Assembly: GCA_019057385.1 (NCBI GenBank)
Contig: JAHQJS010000004.1
Span: 192,001-256,000 of the forward strand
DNA length: 64,000 bases
Origin: Candidatus Borrarchaeum weybense
GTDB taxonomy: Archaea; Asgardarchaeota; Sifarchaeia; Borrarchaeales; Borrarchaeaceae
Reading direction: 5' to 3'
Positions within the stretch are counted from its first letter, which is position 1. Every line of letters starts with the position of its first letter. Both the position numbers and the translations under genes were made by a program. Of the stretch, positions 1-9,061 are shown in pieces. The notes under the pieces were generated by a model. It made no database searches and had not been told where the DNA came from. It saw nothing but the letters and a program-made list of their open reading frames with translations.

Positions 1-1509
1 TGCTAGTATTCCTATTGGGACTAACATGAAGTCTATAAAACGTAAAATATCCCAACCTTGTCCATATGGATCTTGGATGAAAAGTAAATTTGCAACAATG
101 AAGATTGAGATGATCCATGCGAATAAGAGTATATCAAAATCTTTCCGTTTTTTAAAACTGATAAACAGGCCAATTAAGGTGAAAATGCCCATTATTCCAA
201 TTATTCGAGGTATATGGATCAAAGAAATCCATGTGTAAATCTGGAAGGGCTGAAGAATTATACTGGGCGAGAGCACCATCAGTGGTAGAAGTATAACTGA
301 CCCAATTGCAACACTAATAATAAAGACAGTCAAAATAGCGATAAAGGGAAAAAGTTTGCTTTTACTGGTAGGACGTTGTAGCACAATCTTTGCAATAAAC
401 AGGCCTCCCATGATGGTACAAACCGCGATAAATGTGAGTCCATGGGTCAGCACTAAATTACCCAGAAGAAACCCTGTGACGCCTAAGTATCTTATGTCAC
501 GATATTTCAATGAAAATTGCAGAAAATACAGAAATGCAATCATAAGAATAAAACCTACTGATTGTGGTTGTGGAGTGAAAAAGTATTCTATTAATGGAAA
601 GACATTCCCATGCCAATGCCCACCAAAGTATCCCCTATTAAGGACAATAAGCCCAATTGGATCATTCGTACTTGAACTAAATATAAGATCTCTAATAAAC
701 CGAACCCAACCTAGTTCATTAGAAAGTGTACAGAAAAAAACTGCGGCAAGTGCAATTTTTTCATTTTGAAAGCCACGAAGGACGAAAAAGAAACATCCTA
801 GAGCAAAAAGAAGGGTATGTATCGTTGGGAGGACACGGAAAAGTTGTAAAATAGGTATACCCGAAACAAGTGATGTTATAGCAAAATGCAGGTGATAAAA
901 CCAGGTATAGACAACGATACTTGCTCCAGCAAAATATGGATTCCCAGGCGGAATCCCATGCATAATCTCTTCTGAAAGTGCAATATGCCAAAATACGTCT
1001 CGTCTGTGCCACGGGGTTTGAAATATATACCCACTATTAGATGGAGCACCAAGTAGTAGATGTGGTATTCCTACAAGAAGTAATAGAATTGAAATAAACA
1101 AGATAAGAAGAATTTTACTTGTCCAACTAAATACAAATTCTTCGTTGATCTCTTGATCTGTCTTATTTAATTTAGCAAATATGATACCCAGTATTGAGAG
1201 AATTGACAAACTTAATGTAATAGGGAGTACACTAAAAGAAAGTAAACCTACAAGAAACCCTACAGTACAAGAAACGGGGATACTCAAGATCATTGAAAAG
1301 GTAAATTTCTCTAGAAGATTTTGCCTTCTTCCCAGCAAAGATGCGTAGAGCGAATAGCCAGGAAAAAAGAGAACTAATGTGCTACCTAAAAAGGCACGGA
1401 GAATAGGAATATTTGCAGCAATTGAAATTATAGCAAGAATTATTGCTAGTATGTCCCAGTAATACAACAGTAAATGACGGGCATTATCTTTAAAAAAAGG
1501 CGGTACCAT
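1..1509 (-). CDS. Multi-pass membrane protein, probable GT-C-fold glycosyltransferase (partial, runs off left edge; not in ORF track)
   Basis: Read by hand from ATG at 1509: MVPPFFKNNARHLLLYYWDILAIILA...LFFPGYSLY..., later DVFWHIALSEEIMHGIPPGNPYFAGASIVVYTW. This loop resembles DVPEH...HPFPNPMAAG in 55549..57267. Frame spot-checked, not read codon by codon to position 1. Confidence 0.75.
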   Translation of the reverse strand, partial: MVPPFFKDNARHLLLYYWDILAIILAIISIAANIPILRAFLGSTLVLFFPGYSLYASLLGRRQNLLEKFTFSMILSIPVSCTVGFLVGLLSFSVLPITLSLSILSILGIIFAKLNKTDQEINEEFVFSWTSKILLILFISILLLLVGIPHLLLGAPSNSGYIFQTPWHRRDVFWHIALSEEIMHGIPPGNPYFAGASIVVYTWFYHLHFAITSLVSGIPILQLFRVLPTIHTLLFALGCFFFVLRGFQNEKIALAAVFFCTLSNELGWVRFIRDLIFSSSTNDPIGLIVLNRGYFGGHWHGNVFPLIEYFFTPQPQSVGFILMIAFLYFLQFSLKYRDIRYLGVTGFLLGNLVLTHGLTFIAVCTIMGGLFIAKIVLQRPTSKSKLFPFIAILTVFIISVAIGSVILLPLMVLSPSIILQPFQIYTWISLIHIPRIIGIMGIFTLIGLFISFKKRKDFDILLFAWIISIFIVANLLFIQDPYGQGWDILRFIDFMLVPIGILA

Positions 1510-1620
1510 TTTCGGAAAGTCACACCTGAATTCATTTATGGATGTAGTGAATGATTGTTAGTTCTTATAAATCGCAATGTTTGTTCTTTGGATAAATGAA
1601 TTATAAATGAGGTTAAGAAA

Positions 1621-2310
1621 GTGCAAAAACAGGGCAAAATCTCGGTGATCATCCCTACTAAGGATGAAGCAGAAAATATGATGCCGCTTGCCCTAGCACT
1701 TCACAAAGCGCTTCAGCAATTTGATTTTGATGTTATTATTATTGATGATAGCGCTTCCACTGTAACAGTTGAAACGGCAAAAAAGGCATACGATCATCTA
1801 GGTATACCTATTACTGTAAATCATCGTAAAAAATCTGGAAAGGGTTCTGCAATCAGAGATGGGTTTCGTTATGTCTCTTCTAGTGACTATATAGCAATTA
1901 TTGATGCAGACCTTCAATACCCACCTCGCAGAATTCCTGAGATGCTTAATTTATTGAATAAGAAAAATCTTGATATTGTAAATGCAAATCGAATACGACA
2001 GGATCCTCCATATCGTCGAATTCTTGGAATGTTTTTCAATCTTCTTCTCAGATTATTGTTTCACCTTCGATGGGACACACAGGCTGGCCTAAAAGTGATG
2101 CGAAGAGAAGTCACAGAGAGTATCGATTATGTTACGGATGGCTGGGCCTGGGATGTTGAATTCTTGGTTAGAGCCGTACAAAAAGGATATTCAATTGATG
2201 AATACCCGGTTGAATTCCTCCAACGCAAAAAAGGAAAAACAAAAATCAACCCACTGACAAGCACACTTTCTATGTTTTTTGCACTCCTTAAAATCCGACA
2301 AATATTGTGA
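1621..2310 (+). CDS. GT2 glycosyltransferase, DPM1/AglD-like polyprenol-phosphate sugar synthase
   Basis: ISVIIPT.DE, IIIDDS, GKGSA, IIDADLQYPP, DTQAGLK, DVEFL motifs. Confidence 0.9.
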   Translation: MQKQGKISVIIPTKDEAENMMPLALALHKALQQFDFDVIIIDDSASTVTVETAKKAYDHLGIPITVNHRKKSGKGSAIRDGFRYVSSSDYIAIIDADLQYPPRRIPEMLNLLNKKNLDIVNANRIRQDPPYRRILGMFFNLLLRLLFHLRWDTQAGLKVMRREVTESIDYVTDGWAWDVEFLVRAVQKGYSIDEYPVEFLQRKKGKTKINPLTSTLSMFFALLKIRQIL

Positions 2311-2441
2311 ACTCGTCTAATCTAGACTAATTTTTGGTTTGAAATCATCATTGATTATTTTGCGTGAGATCGATATCTGACTCAGATGATACCAAAGTAA
2401 AAGAGGTTTCTATCCAAAAAGACTATGCAAGGGTGTGAAAG

Positions 2442-3968
2442 ATGACAATCTACATGGAAGAGCGATTAGAGCACATATTATGTAAATTTTGCAATAAGCC
2501 GACAGCAATGCATGTTTGTTTGGAATGTTATTCGCTTTTTTGCGAGAGTTGTGCTCATATGGAAGTAAGCAACTATTATTTCTGTAGCATATGCTTTTCG
2601 AGTGACATTCGTAAACTGAGAAGGATCAATAAAGACATAACTAAATTGTTTTGTGGGAACTGCGGATCATCAAAGATCAAAGAAGGGAAACAAAAATTAC
2701 AATTATGTCCTGCATGTGAGTCAAGAAACTTTGAACATATTTATACACACCAACGCAACCTATTCATGAAGTATCGTGAATTCTGTGAAAAATTGAATCA
2801 TGCATTAGAGGAGTCCCAGAGATTTGTAAAAAGTCTGGGAGAATATAGAGACCTTATATTGAAGTTACGCAGTCAGGGTTATTTTACATTCCCCTTTCTT
2901 GAAAAAAACCTTCTTGAAGCATATTCTTCCTTTGGCAATATAGAAACGCAACTTATTGAGCGAGAAAGTCTATATTTAAGTTTTTTAAGACGATATATGA
3001 TGGATTTCTTGAATAAGAAGCAAATTCTCCCCTTTCTATTCAAGAATTATAAGGAAAAACTAGAAAGAATTGATGAAGCATGTACAGTCTACAAAACTAG
3101 CGTTGATAAATTATTTGAAGGTTTTGAGAACTCATTTGGAGAAATTGAAAGCACATTAAAGTCTCTAGAAGAGAATAAAGAGCAATTTGAAGAGCGGAAA
3201 GAGGTGCTTAGTTTAGGACTGAAAGAAAAGCCAATATGTAATCTTCCTGACATTACTTGTAAATTAAATAGATCGTCTTTTCCAGTAAAAACAGGTCGTG
3301 GACATCTTTTCTTTACGAATTATCGCCTGGTTTTTATTGCAAACAAAGGATTAGTGTCCAAAAATTCAGTAAAATTATTTGAACTACCTATTTCAAAAAT
3401 CGTTGGTTGTTCAATACGTAAAAGAAAATTTTCTAAAAAACTTCTTCTCAAAACAACGAAAGGCTTAATCAGCTTTTCTGGGGACATGAATACTTTGAAA
3501 GAATTTGTACAACATATCAAATGTATGAAAGAATGGGAGCAAAATTGTGTTAAAGAAGATGTCATAGAGGAGTTAAAGCGCTGTACGATCACTTTATCTG
3601 AAATCAAACGCAAAACGGATAGGGATATTCAAGAATTGCTGGAAAATAAGCACACAAAGATGTTCGATGTCTCACTAAGACCAAGACTAAGATTTCGTGA
3701 TAAAATCTATGGAACGATAAGTCCTTTAGGTCCTATAGGTCCTAATATACGGCCCCGTGTAGGACCTGTACCCTCTCATTTGGCAGAAGAGATCGAACGA
3801 TTAAAACGTGAAATACATTCAATAGAGAAGACCATCGAACTACTGGACGCAAAATTCAAATCAGGAGGAATCCCTAAGGAATATTATCTACAAAAATATC
3901 GCACATTAACTGCAGAATTATATCAGCTTAAAACACAACTCGATGAGCTGAGCGGTGTAAAACGGTAA
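2442..3968 (+). CDS. Multidomain ESCRT-associated protein: multi-CxxC Zn fingers, coiled coil, PH/GRAM(GLUE)-like domain, Pro/Gly linker, C-terminal steadiness box (Vps23/Vps37 core-like)
   Basis: Six CxxC pairs in aa 13-92; GRGHLFFTNYRLVF (GRAM/GLUE-like strand pair); C-terminal SIEKTIELLDAKFKSGGIPKEYYLQKYRTLTAELYQLK matches the Vps23-core helix-G-helix pattern; adjacent to ESCRT-III. Confidence 0.7.
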   Translation: MTIYMEERLEHILCKFCNKPTAMHVCLECYSLFCESCAHMEVSNYYFCSICFSSDIRKLRRINKDITKLFCGNCGSSKIKEGKQKLQLCPACESRNFEHIYTHQRNLFMKYREFCEKLNHALEESQRFVKSLGEYRDLILKLRSQGYFTFPFLEKNLLEAYSSFGNIETQLIERESLYLSFLRRYMMDFLNKKQILPFLFKNYKEKLERIDEACTVYKTSVDKLFEGFENSFGEIESTLKSLEENKEQFEERKEVLSLGLKEKPICNLPDITCKLNRSSFPVKTGRGHLFFTNYRLVFIANKGLVSKNSVKLFELPISKIVGCSIRKRKFSKKLLLKTTKGLISFSGDMNTLKEFVQHIKCMKEWEQNCVKEDVIEELKRCTITLSEIKRKTDRDIQELLENKHTKMFDVSLRPRLRFRDKIYGTISPLGPIGPNIRPRVGPVPSHLAEEIERLKREIHSIEKTIELLDAKFKSGGIPKEYYLQKYRTLTAELYQLKTQLDELSGVKR

Positions 3969-3992
3969 AAACATCTAACCTTACCTTAGAAA

Positions 3993-4030
3993 CTGTTTTT
4001 CCCTTTTTTCTTATAAAATAAGAAATTTAA
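3993..4030. terminator. Putative shared terminator region between convergent genes
   Basis: T-tracts plus short inverted repeat TTTCTTAT-AAA-ATAAGAAA between stops at 3968 and 4061. Confidence 0.35.
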
Positions 4031-4060
4031 AAGAAAGCATACTACATTCTATGCTTGTGT

Positions 4061-4729
4061 TTATCCACCAAGTTCGCGTTCCAATTCCTTTCGCAGTTTT
4101 TCAAGTTCTTTTGTGTCTGTCTTTTTCTTTTCTGGCTTTTCGGTTTCACGGACTGGTTCTGTATCAATCGGGGGTGTGATATCAGGCAGTTCCGTTTCTG
4201 ATTCAATGGAAAGTTCGCCCATGAGTGCTTCCATTTCCGCATCAAGTCCGGATTCTTCTTCAAAGTCTAATTCGCTTTCTGCGAAACTTGTATCACCTAG
4301 GATCTCATCAGTCATTGAGATGCGTTCTATTCCTTCCTGACTGCGAAGCATAGTTTTCTCTATCCTCTCGGGTGAGGCTGCCTTAAGCGCATCTTGTATG
4401 GCAACATCAGCCTCTTCCATTGCATTTGCAACATCGATGTTAGAACCCGCTGTCTCAAGGGCAGAAATGGTTCGTTGCAGGTTGAAGACTTTATTGTAAG
4501 TTGTGTTCATCTGTTTTAGATAGAGTTGACGACGCATAAGGGCTTGTTTGGCTGCAACTTTGTTTCCTGCTTTCAAGAACTCTTTCGCCATAACTCTTTG
4601 TTCGTCAGATTGACGTTTATACTTGACAGCTGTCACATTTAGTTTATTTATCGTACGACGAAGGACCGCTACGGTTTTTTGAGGGGTAACCTTTTTTTTC
4701 CCAAACAGTTTTTCTAAGAACTTTGGCAA
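4061..4729 (-). CDS. ESCRT-III subunit, Vps20/32/60 (Snf7)-type
   Basis: Amphipathic N-terminus FLEKLFGKKK, GNKVAAKQALMRRQLY, basic N-half and acidic C-half, MIM2-like LPDITP, terminal helix; GAGGTGA RBS before TTG start. Confidence 0.92.
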   Translation of the reverse strand: MPKFLEKLFGKKKVTPQKTVAVLRRTINKLNVTAVKYKRQSDEQRVMAKEFLKAGNKVAAKQALMRRQLYLKQMNTTYNKVFNLQRTISALETAGSNIDVANAMEEADVAIQDALKAASPERIEKTMLRSQEGIERISMTDEILGDTSFAESELDFEEESGLDAEMEALMGELSIESETELPDITPPIDTEPVRETEKPEKKKTDTKELEKLRKELERELGG

Positions 4730-4984
4730 TCAATTCACCTCATCTAGACGACGAAGTACGAGACAAAAAATTACTCTTTGATATCCCTCTATACTCATTA
4801 TTGATTGTACCTTCAAGTTATAAATCTCTTTTCTTATTTCGTGCGCGCACCCCCATCATTTACAGTTTTTATAATCAAATAGAGAAATAGCATCTCATCA
4901 ATTGCGTAACCTTCAGGGGTGCTTAAAAGAATTCTTTGAAAGAAAACTTCGATGAAAAACATTTGTTAAAGTAAAAGGATCAGA

Positions 4985-5320
4985 TTAAAGCTGTATAATT
5001 GTTTCTACTCTTTTGTCTTTGGATATTTCTGATAATAATCCCAAAAAATGCTTCTGAGCTTTTTTTAGTTCTTTAAATTTATGAAAATTCTTGATTTTTG
5101 AGTTTTCAGCAATAAAGGAGAAGTATTTTTCATCTTGACCTCGTAATAAACACAGAAAAATATCATCACTAAAGCAGACGCTCTGAATTAACTCCCATCT
5201 GTATGGAATAGGTTCACGATTCCCCCTCATCTTTGCTTTCTCCCTAGATGATTTTAAGTGGATTTGATTAGATAAAAACAACTTCAGAGCAATATCTCGA
5301 AGTAAAACAACTTTTCCCAT
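4985..5320 (-). CDS. Small hypothetical protein within the ESCRT-III locus (start may be 5230)
   Basis: ORF co-oriented with the ESCRT-III genes; no recognised motif. Confidence 0.5.
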   Translation of the reverse strand: MGKVVLLRDIALKLFLSNQIHLKSSREKAKMRGNREPIPYRWELIQSVCFSDDIFLCLLRGQDEKYFSFIAENSKIKNFHKFKELKKAQKHFLGLLSEISKDKRVETIIQL

Positions 5321-5469
5321 AAATATAATTTCAACAGAGTTTAAAAGCCCCGCAAAATTTCAAAATCAGACATAGTTGATTTTCAGAGAAAAGAGATAAA
5401 TTACATATTCAATAAAAACAAGTTTTTGTTCTAGATTCTTGTATTGAGGGTGCATAGATGAATCTAGTT

Positions 5470-6537
5470 TTACATATACAGTTTATTACGTTCTTCTATC
5501 CGTTCTGCCATCCATTTACTGAATTGAGCAAGTGTAGGATCTATTTTTTTTTCTGAGTAGATCAATTCGGCAGAGGCTACTATGGAGGCGATAATATGTG
5601 CTTTATTTGCATCAGGTAGCTGTGGTATCTGTTCTAATTCTTGCTTAACGCGTTTTTCAAAATCATCAATTGTGAGTAATCCCTCCATGACCAGTCGAAA
5701 GCCAGTAAGGATATTTTCTGTGATATTTTCTAGGTCAATTTCCAAATTAAGACCCTGAAGAAATGCTAAAGTAACATTCACAGTCTCAGCATAACATTCA
5801 AAAATAAGGAGAGGATCGTCCATGCGATCTTGTGTTTGTGACAATGCAATTTCTGGTGGAATCTTCGTTTTTAATGCATGTGCAATCTTTAATTTTCCAA
5901 ATTCACGAATCGTATCTAAAAACGGAAGGATAAAAGAAAGTACTAGAGGTGCAAAATCAATATTGTTTTCTTCAAGAAGTATTTCGATTGCATCGTGGGC
6001 TTCTTCAAACGTAATTTCTTCTGTAATATACGCCTTAAAGATTTCAATAATCAATGCACGAATATGAAGGGCTAATTCATAATTTCTGAGACGCAAGGTA
6101 AGTAAAGTAAATACAGTTTCCATCAACTCTCTGTCAAAAAATGTGATAAGAATCCATTCTGCAGTTAATCCTTTAATGTCCCGTATACGTTCTTCAATAT
6201 CTGTATCTATCTCCACTTCTTTCCTAAATTGCTTTGCAAATGTGGTTAATGAATTAACAATGAATTGCTGAAGGGTATCATCAATATCAACTGTATTGTA
6301 TGTTCGTTTCATAAATGAAAATATATCTTCCTCTTTAACTGGCGCAATTAACGCGTTCTTAAAAGATTTGAGTAATTTTTCATGCAGTAAACTTCTTTTC
6401 TTTGGGGTTAGAGTTAAAACAAGTCTTTCAATTATAGGCCAGAAGACAAACTTGAAGAAATCATTTAAGAGTTCTTCATTTTCTTTTAAGAAATTGTTAG
6501 GCAAATTTACTCCCTCTTCTTTTTCAAGAGAAGACAT
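5470..6537 (-). CDS. Acidic all-helical hypothetical protein with ~3 internal repeats and C-terminal HbYX (LYM)
   Basis: Start reassigned from 6627 to MSSLEKE at 6537 by judgement; repeated F...I.xED helical segments; ends ...RNKLYM. Confidence 0.8.
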   Translation of the reverse strand: MSSLEKEEGVNLPNNFLKENEELLNDFFKFVFWPIIERLVLTLTPKKRSLLHEKLLKSFKNALIAPVKEEDIFSFMKRTYNTVDIDDTLQQFIVNSLTTFAKQFRKEVEIDTDIEERIRDIKGLTAEWILITFFDRELMETVFTLLTLRLRNYELALHIRALIIEIFKAYITEEITFEEAHDAIEILLEENNIDFAPLVLSFILPFLDTIREFGKLKIAHALKTKIPPEIALSQTQDRMDDPLLIFECYAETVNVTLAFLQGLNLEIDLENITENILTGFRLVMEGLLTIDDFEKRVKQELEQIPQLPDANKAHIIASIVASAELIYSEKKIDPTLAQFSKWMAERIEERNKLYM

Positions 6538-6720
6538 GATAATTTGTGCTTTCCAAAATCGTTTAAAAAATCTCATAATATGGCCTGTGACACATAGAGA
6601 GCTCAATCTTTTCAAAGAAAAAGACAAGCTTCTATAAAATATACATTAATCTCTGTATCGAACCTAATTTGAATCTAGTGTAAATAAAAGAATACAGCGT
6701 TGATGGAAATAAAAGACTAA

Positions 6721-7374
6721 TCAGTCTTCTTTCAGTTTTTCAATTTCTTTTTGTAGTTCTTTTGATCTAATATCTGGAGAAGGTAGTCCTGTTTCGGCAT
6801 GTACACTCCTTTCAGCGCCAAGTTCCACCATTATCTTATCTACTTCAGTATCCTCGACATCTGCTGCCATTGTACCCTCAAGTCCATCTTCCATCACTTC
6901 ACTAGTGATATCTGCCTCACCGAGCACGCCTTCTAGTTCATTGATAGTTTGTCCAAGTTCAGGCGCTTTAATTTGTGCATTAACTGTACGTAATGACCTG
7001 ATAACCCATTTGAGATCTTTTCCCAGATCACCTACTGCTTGTGCACGTTCCAACTTAAATTGTAGACCATTGATCCTGCTCTGTAATTGACTGTAGCCCA
7101 TGGCCCATCGCCGATAGCGTGCTGCATCTGTTGCATACATCCTTCCATTGTCTAAATTTCCCTGTTGAATCTCTCCACGCGCTTCACGAAGCATTTTTCT
7201 TTCTTTGTTTTTTAGTTTCTTTTTCTGACGCTCAAGTCTTCTGTCCGTGAGTTTTAAGTTTATGATCAAATCCTGAAGGCTTTTTCCTCCACCAAGCCAG
7301 CTCATAAATCTTTTGAATACTATTTTAATCACTTCTTTTACGATCTTTCTTTTATCTAAGAAAAGATCACGCAT
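6721..7374 (-). CDS. ESCRT-III subunit, Vps2/24/46-type (true start probably ~7305-7323)
   Basis: LIINLKLTDRRLERQKKKL..KE, GNLDNGRMYATDAARYRR, L.SRINGL, EVDKIMVEL, C-terminal MIM1-like ELQKEIEKLK. Confidence 0.92.
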   Translation of the reverse strand: MRDLFLDKRKIVKEVIKIVFKRFMSWLGGGKSLQDLIINLKLTDRRLERQKKKLKNKERKMLREARGEIQQGNLDNGRMYATDAARYRRWAMGYSQLQSRINGLQFKLERAQAVGDLGKDLKWVIRSLRTVNAQIKAPELGQTINELEGVLGEADITSEVMEDGLEGTMAADVEDTEVDKIMVELGAERSVHAETGLPSPDIRSKELQKEIEKLKED

Positions 7375-7472
7375 CCTTATAAAACTTTGTATGCGACTTT
7401 TTTCGTCCCCTGCTAGTAATTCTGTCTGATCAAGGGTGTCAGACCTTTATATTTGTTTACAGTTTATTTATT

Positions 7473-8924
7473 TTAAGGGGTGAAGAGATAGACTTTAATG
7501 CTATGAGGTTCTGCCATTAATTCACAATCAGACTCAAGCCACGCTCTAAACTCATAATCTGGATCAATAGATGGTATTCTAGCGTTGTCAATCAGTAACC
7601 ACACTTTTTCTTCAGAATTCTGTATCTCTTCAAGGACACTAGGTTCAAAAAATTCAATAGATAATCTGTAATCGACTTTCCCCAAATAATACTCAACAGC
7701 CTTATCACCTGTAGTTGCAATGAGATCTTCCGGTTCCATATTAGATGTAACATATGCACAGGCAGATTTCCAATCTGGATGGATTTCCTTTGTATAATGC
7801 TCAAAGAGGGCAGGTAGGTTAATTATACTAATAACCGTAGCAAATACAAATCCTAGGGCTAAGAACTTGTTTAACTCCAGATTCTTTAACATTATAACGT
7901 GAAATTTCTTTTCTTTTGCACTTTTCATAATTCTTTCAAAGATTTCTATTATGAGACTAGATGACAATAGTGCAAAAGCGGGCAAAGTAAAAATAACATA
8001 TCGAGGAACAACATTGGTTACAAATGTAAGCACAGAAACCGTAGCCACAGGAATCGCTGCATAGCCCGTTAATAAGTAGCCCGCTTTATTTTTTTGTGAA
8101 ATTAAATAAATTGCACTAACTACGGAGAATAGCGATAACGTTGGTCCAAAAGTGTCTTCAAATAGCGTCAAGAAATAAATGTGGATAGGCAATCCCCATC
8201 TTGAGCTTGTGCCTCCAATCTTGAATGTTAGTGTCTGGGGAATAATGGTAAGAAACAGTGGCAAGGTAAAGATAAAGAACAAAGCAAAAAAGATTATAAG
8301 ATATTTATAATTGATGCTAATTTCTATTTTCTCAAAAAACTTTATTGAGATCAACCAAGCAGCTATTATTACTAGGATAAGAATAGCTAAATAATGCGTA
8401 TAAAAGGCAAGTATAGTAAATAATACCGAAAGTACGTAAGATGTGAGCGTTGTTTTATAAATTGTACGATAAAAGAAATATAAGGCTAAGATGGTAAAAA
8501 CCGTTAATTCAGTATACATTCTTGCTTCTTGAGACCATCTAATATACCATGGAGATAAGGAAATTATAAAAGAGGCAACCAAGCCTTCTTTTTCGCCAAA
8601 TAGTTGTTTTCCAAAAAAATAGATTAAAGGTATTGTAGCAATGCCAAATAGGCATGAGGGAAGTCGTGCAGTAAATTCTGTCGTTCCTAGAGTTTCTATT
8701 ACGATCCTAAGGATCAGGAAAGAGAGCGGTGGATGTGAGATGTTGTATAAATTGCCTCTAGCATCCAGAATAGATGAGGCTTCGTCATACCAAAAACTTT
8801 GAGCACCTAATTTGTAAAACCTCAAAACTGCTCCAATAATGGTAATTAAAATGATAAGAAAAATGTTCAACGTACGTGGAGCTGATAAATTGCGCTTAAT
8901 TGAGGTTTTTGTAAGCATTTTCAC
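7473..8924 (-). CDS. GT-C membrane glycosyltransferase (PMT/ArnT-like)
   Basis: LRFYKLG.QSFWYDE, HPPL, EFTARLPS, SQEARMY, YTHY motifs; multiple TM segments. Confidence 0.88.
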   Translation of the reverse strand: MKMLTKTSIKRNLSAPRTLNIFLIILITIIGAVLRFYKLGAQSFWYDEASSILDARGNLYNISHPPLSFLILRIVIETLGTTEFTARLPSCLFGIATIPLIYFFGKQLFGEKEGLVASFIISLSPWYIRWSQEARMYTELTVFTILALYFFYRTIYKTTLTSYVLSVLFTILAFYTHYLAILILVIIAAWLISIKFFEKIEISINYKYLIIFFALFFIFTLPLFLTIIPQTLTFKIGGTSSRWGLPIHIYFLTLFEDTFGPTLSLFSVVSAIYLISQKNKAGYLLTGYAAIPVATVSVLTFVTNVVPRYVIFTLPAFALLSSSLIIEIFERIMKSAKEKKFHVIMLKNLELNKFLALGFVFATVISIINLPALFEHYTKEIHPDWKSACAYVTSNMEPEDLIATTGDKAVEYYLGKVDYRLSIEFFEPSVLEEIQNSEEKVWLLIDNARIPSIDPDYEFRAWLESDCELMAEPHSIKVYLFTP

Positions 8925-9061
8925 AACTTTCCGTAAATAATCATTCTTGTTACCACTAATGTCAATAAAATGATATTAAGAACTTATCGATTAAGTGGCA
9001 AAAGGACTCGTAAGGGATAGTTTATTATCGATGTAGGAAAAAAGGTGAAAAAAAAAGAAAT

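Noticed and set aside
26-1012. Short ORFs 26..238, 356..769 and 761..1012
   Set aside because: Antisense or alternate-frame shadows of the long minus-strand membrane-protein CDS starting at 1509.
4042-4340. ORFs 4042..4263 and 4113..4340, representative of the many short ORFs nested in longer genes
   Set aside because: Alternate-frame or antisense shadows of well-supported genes.
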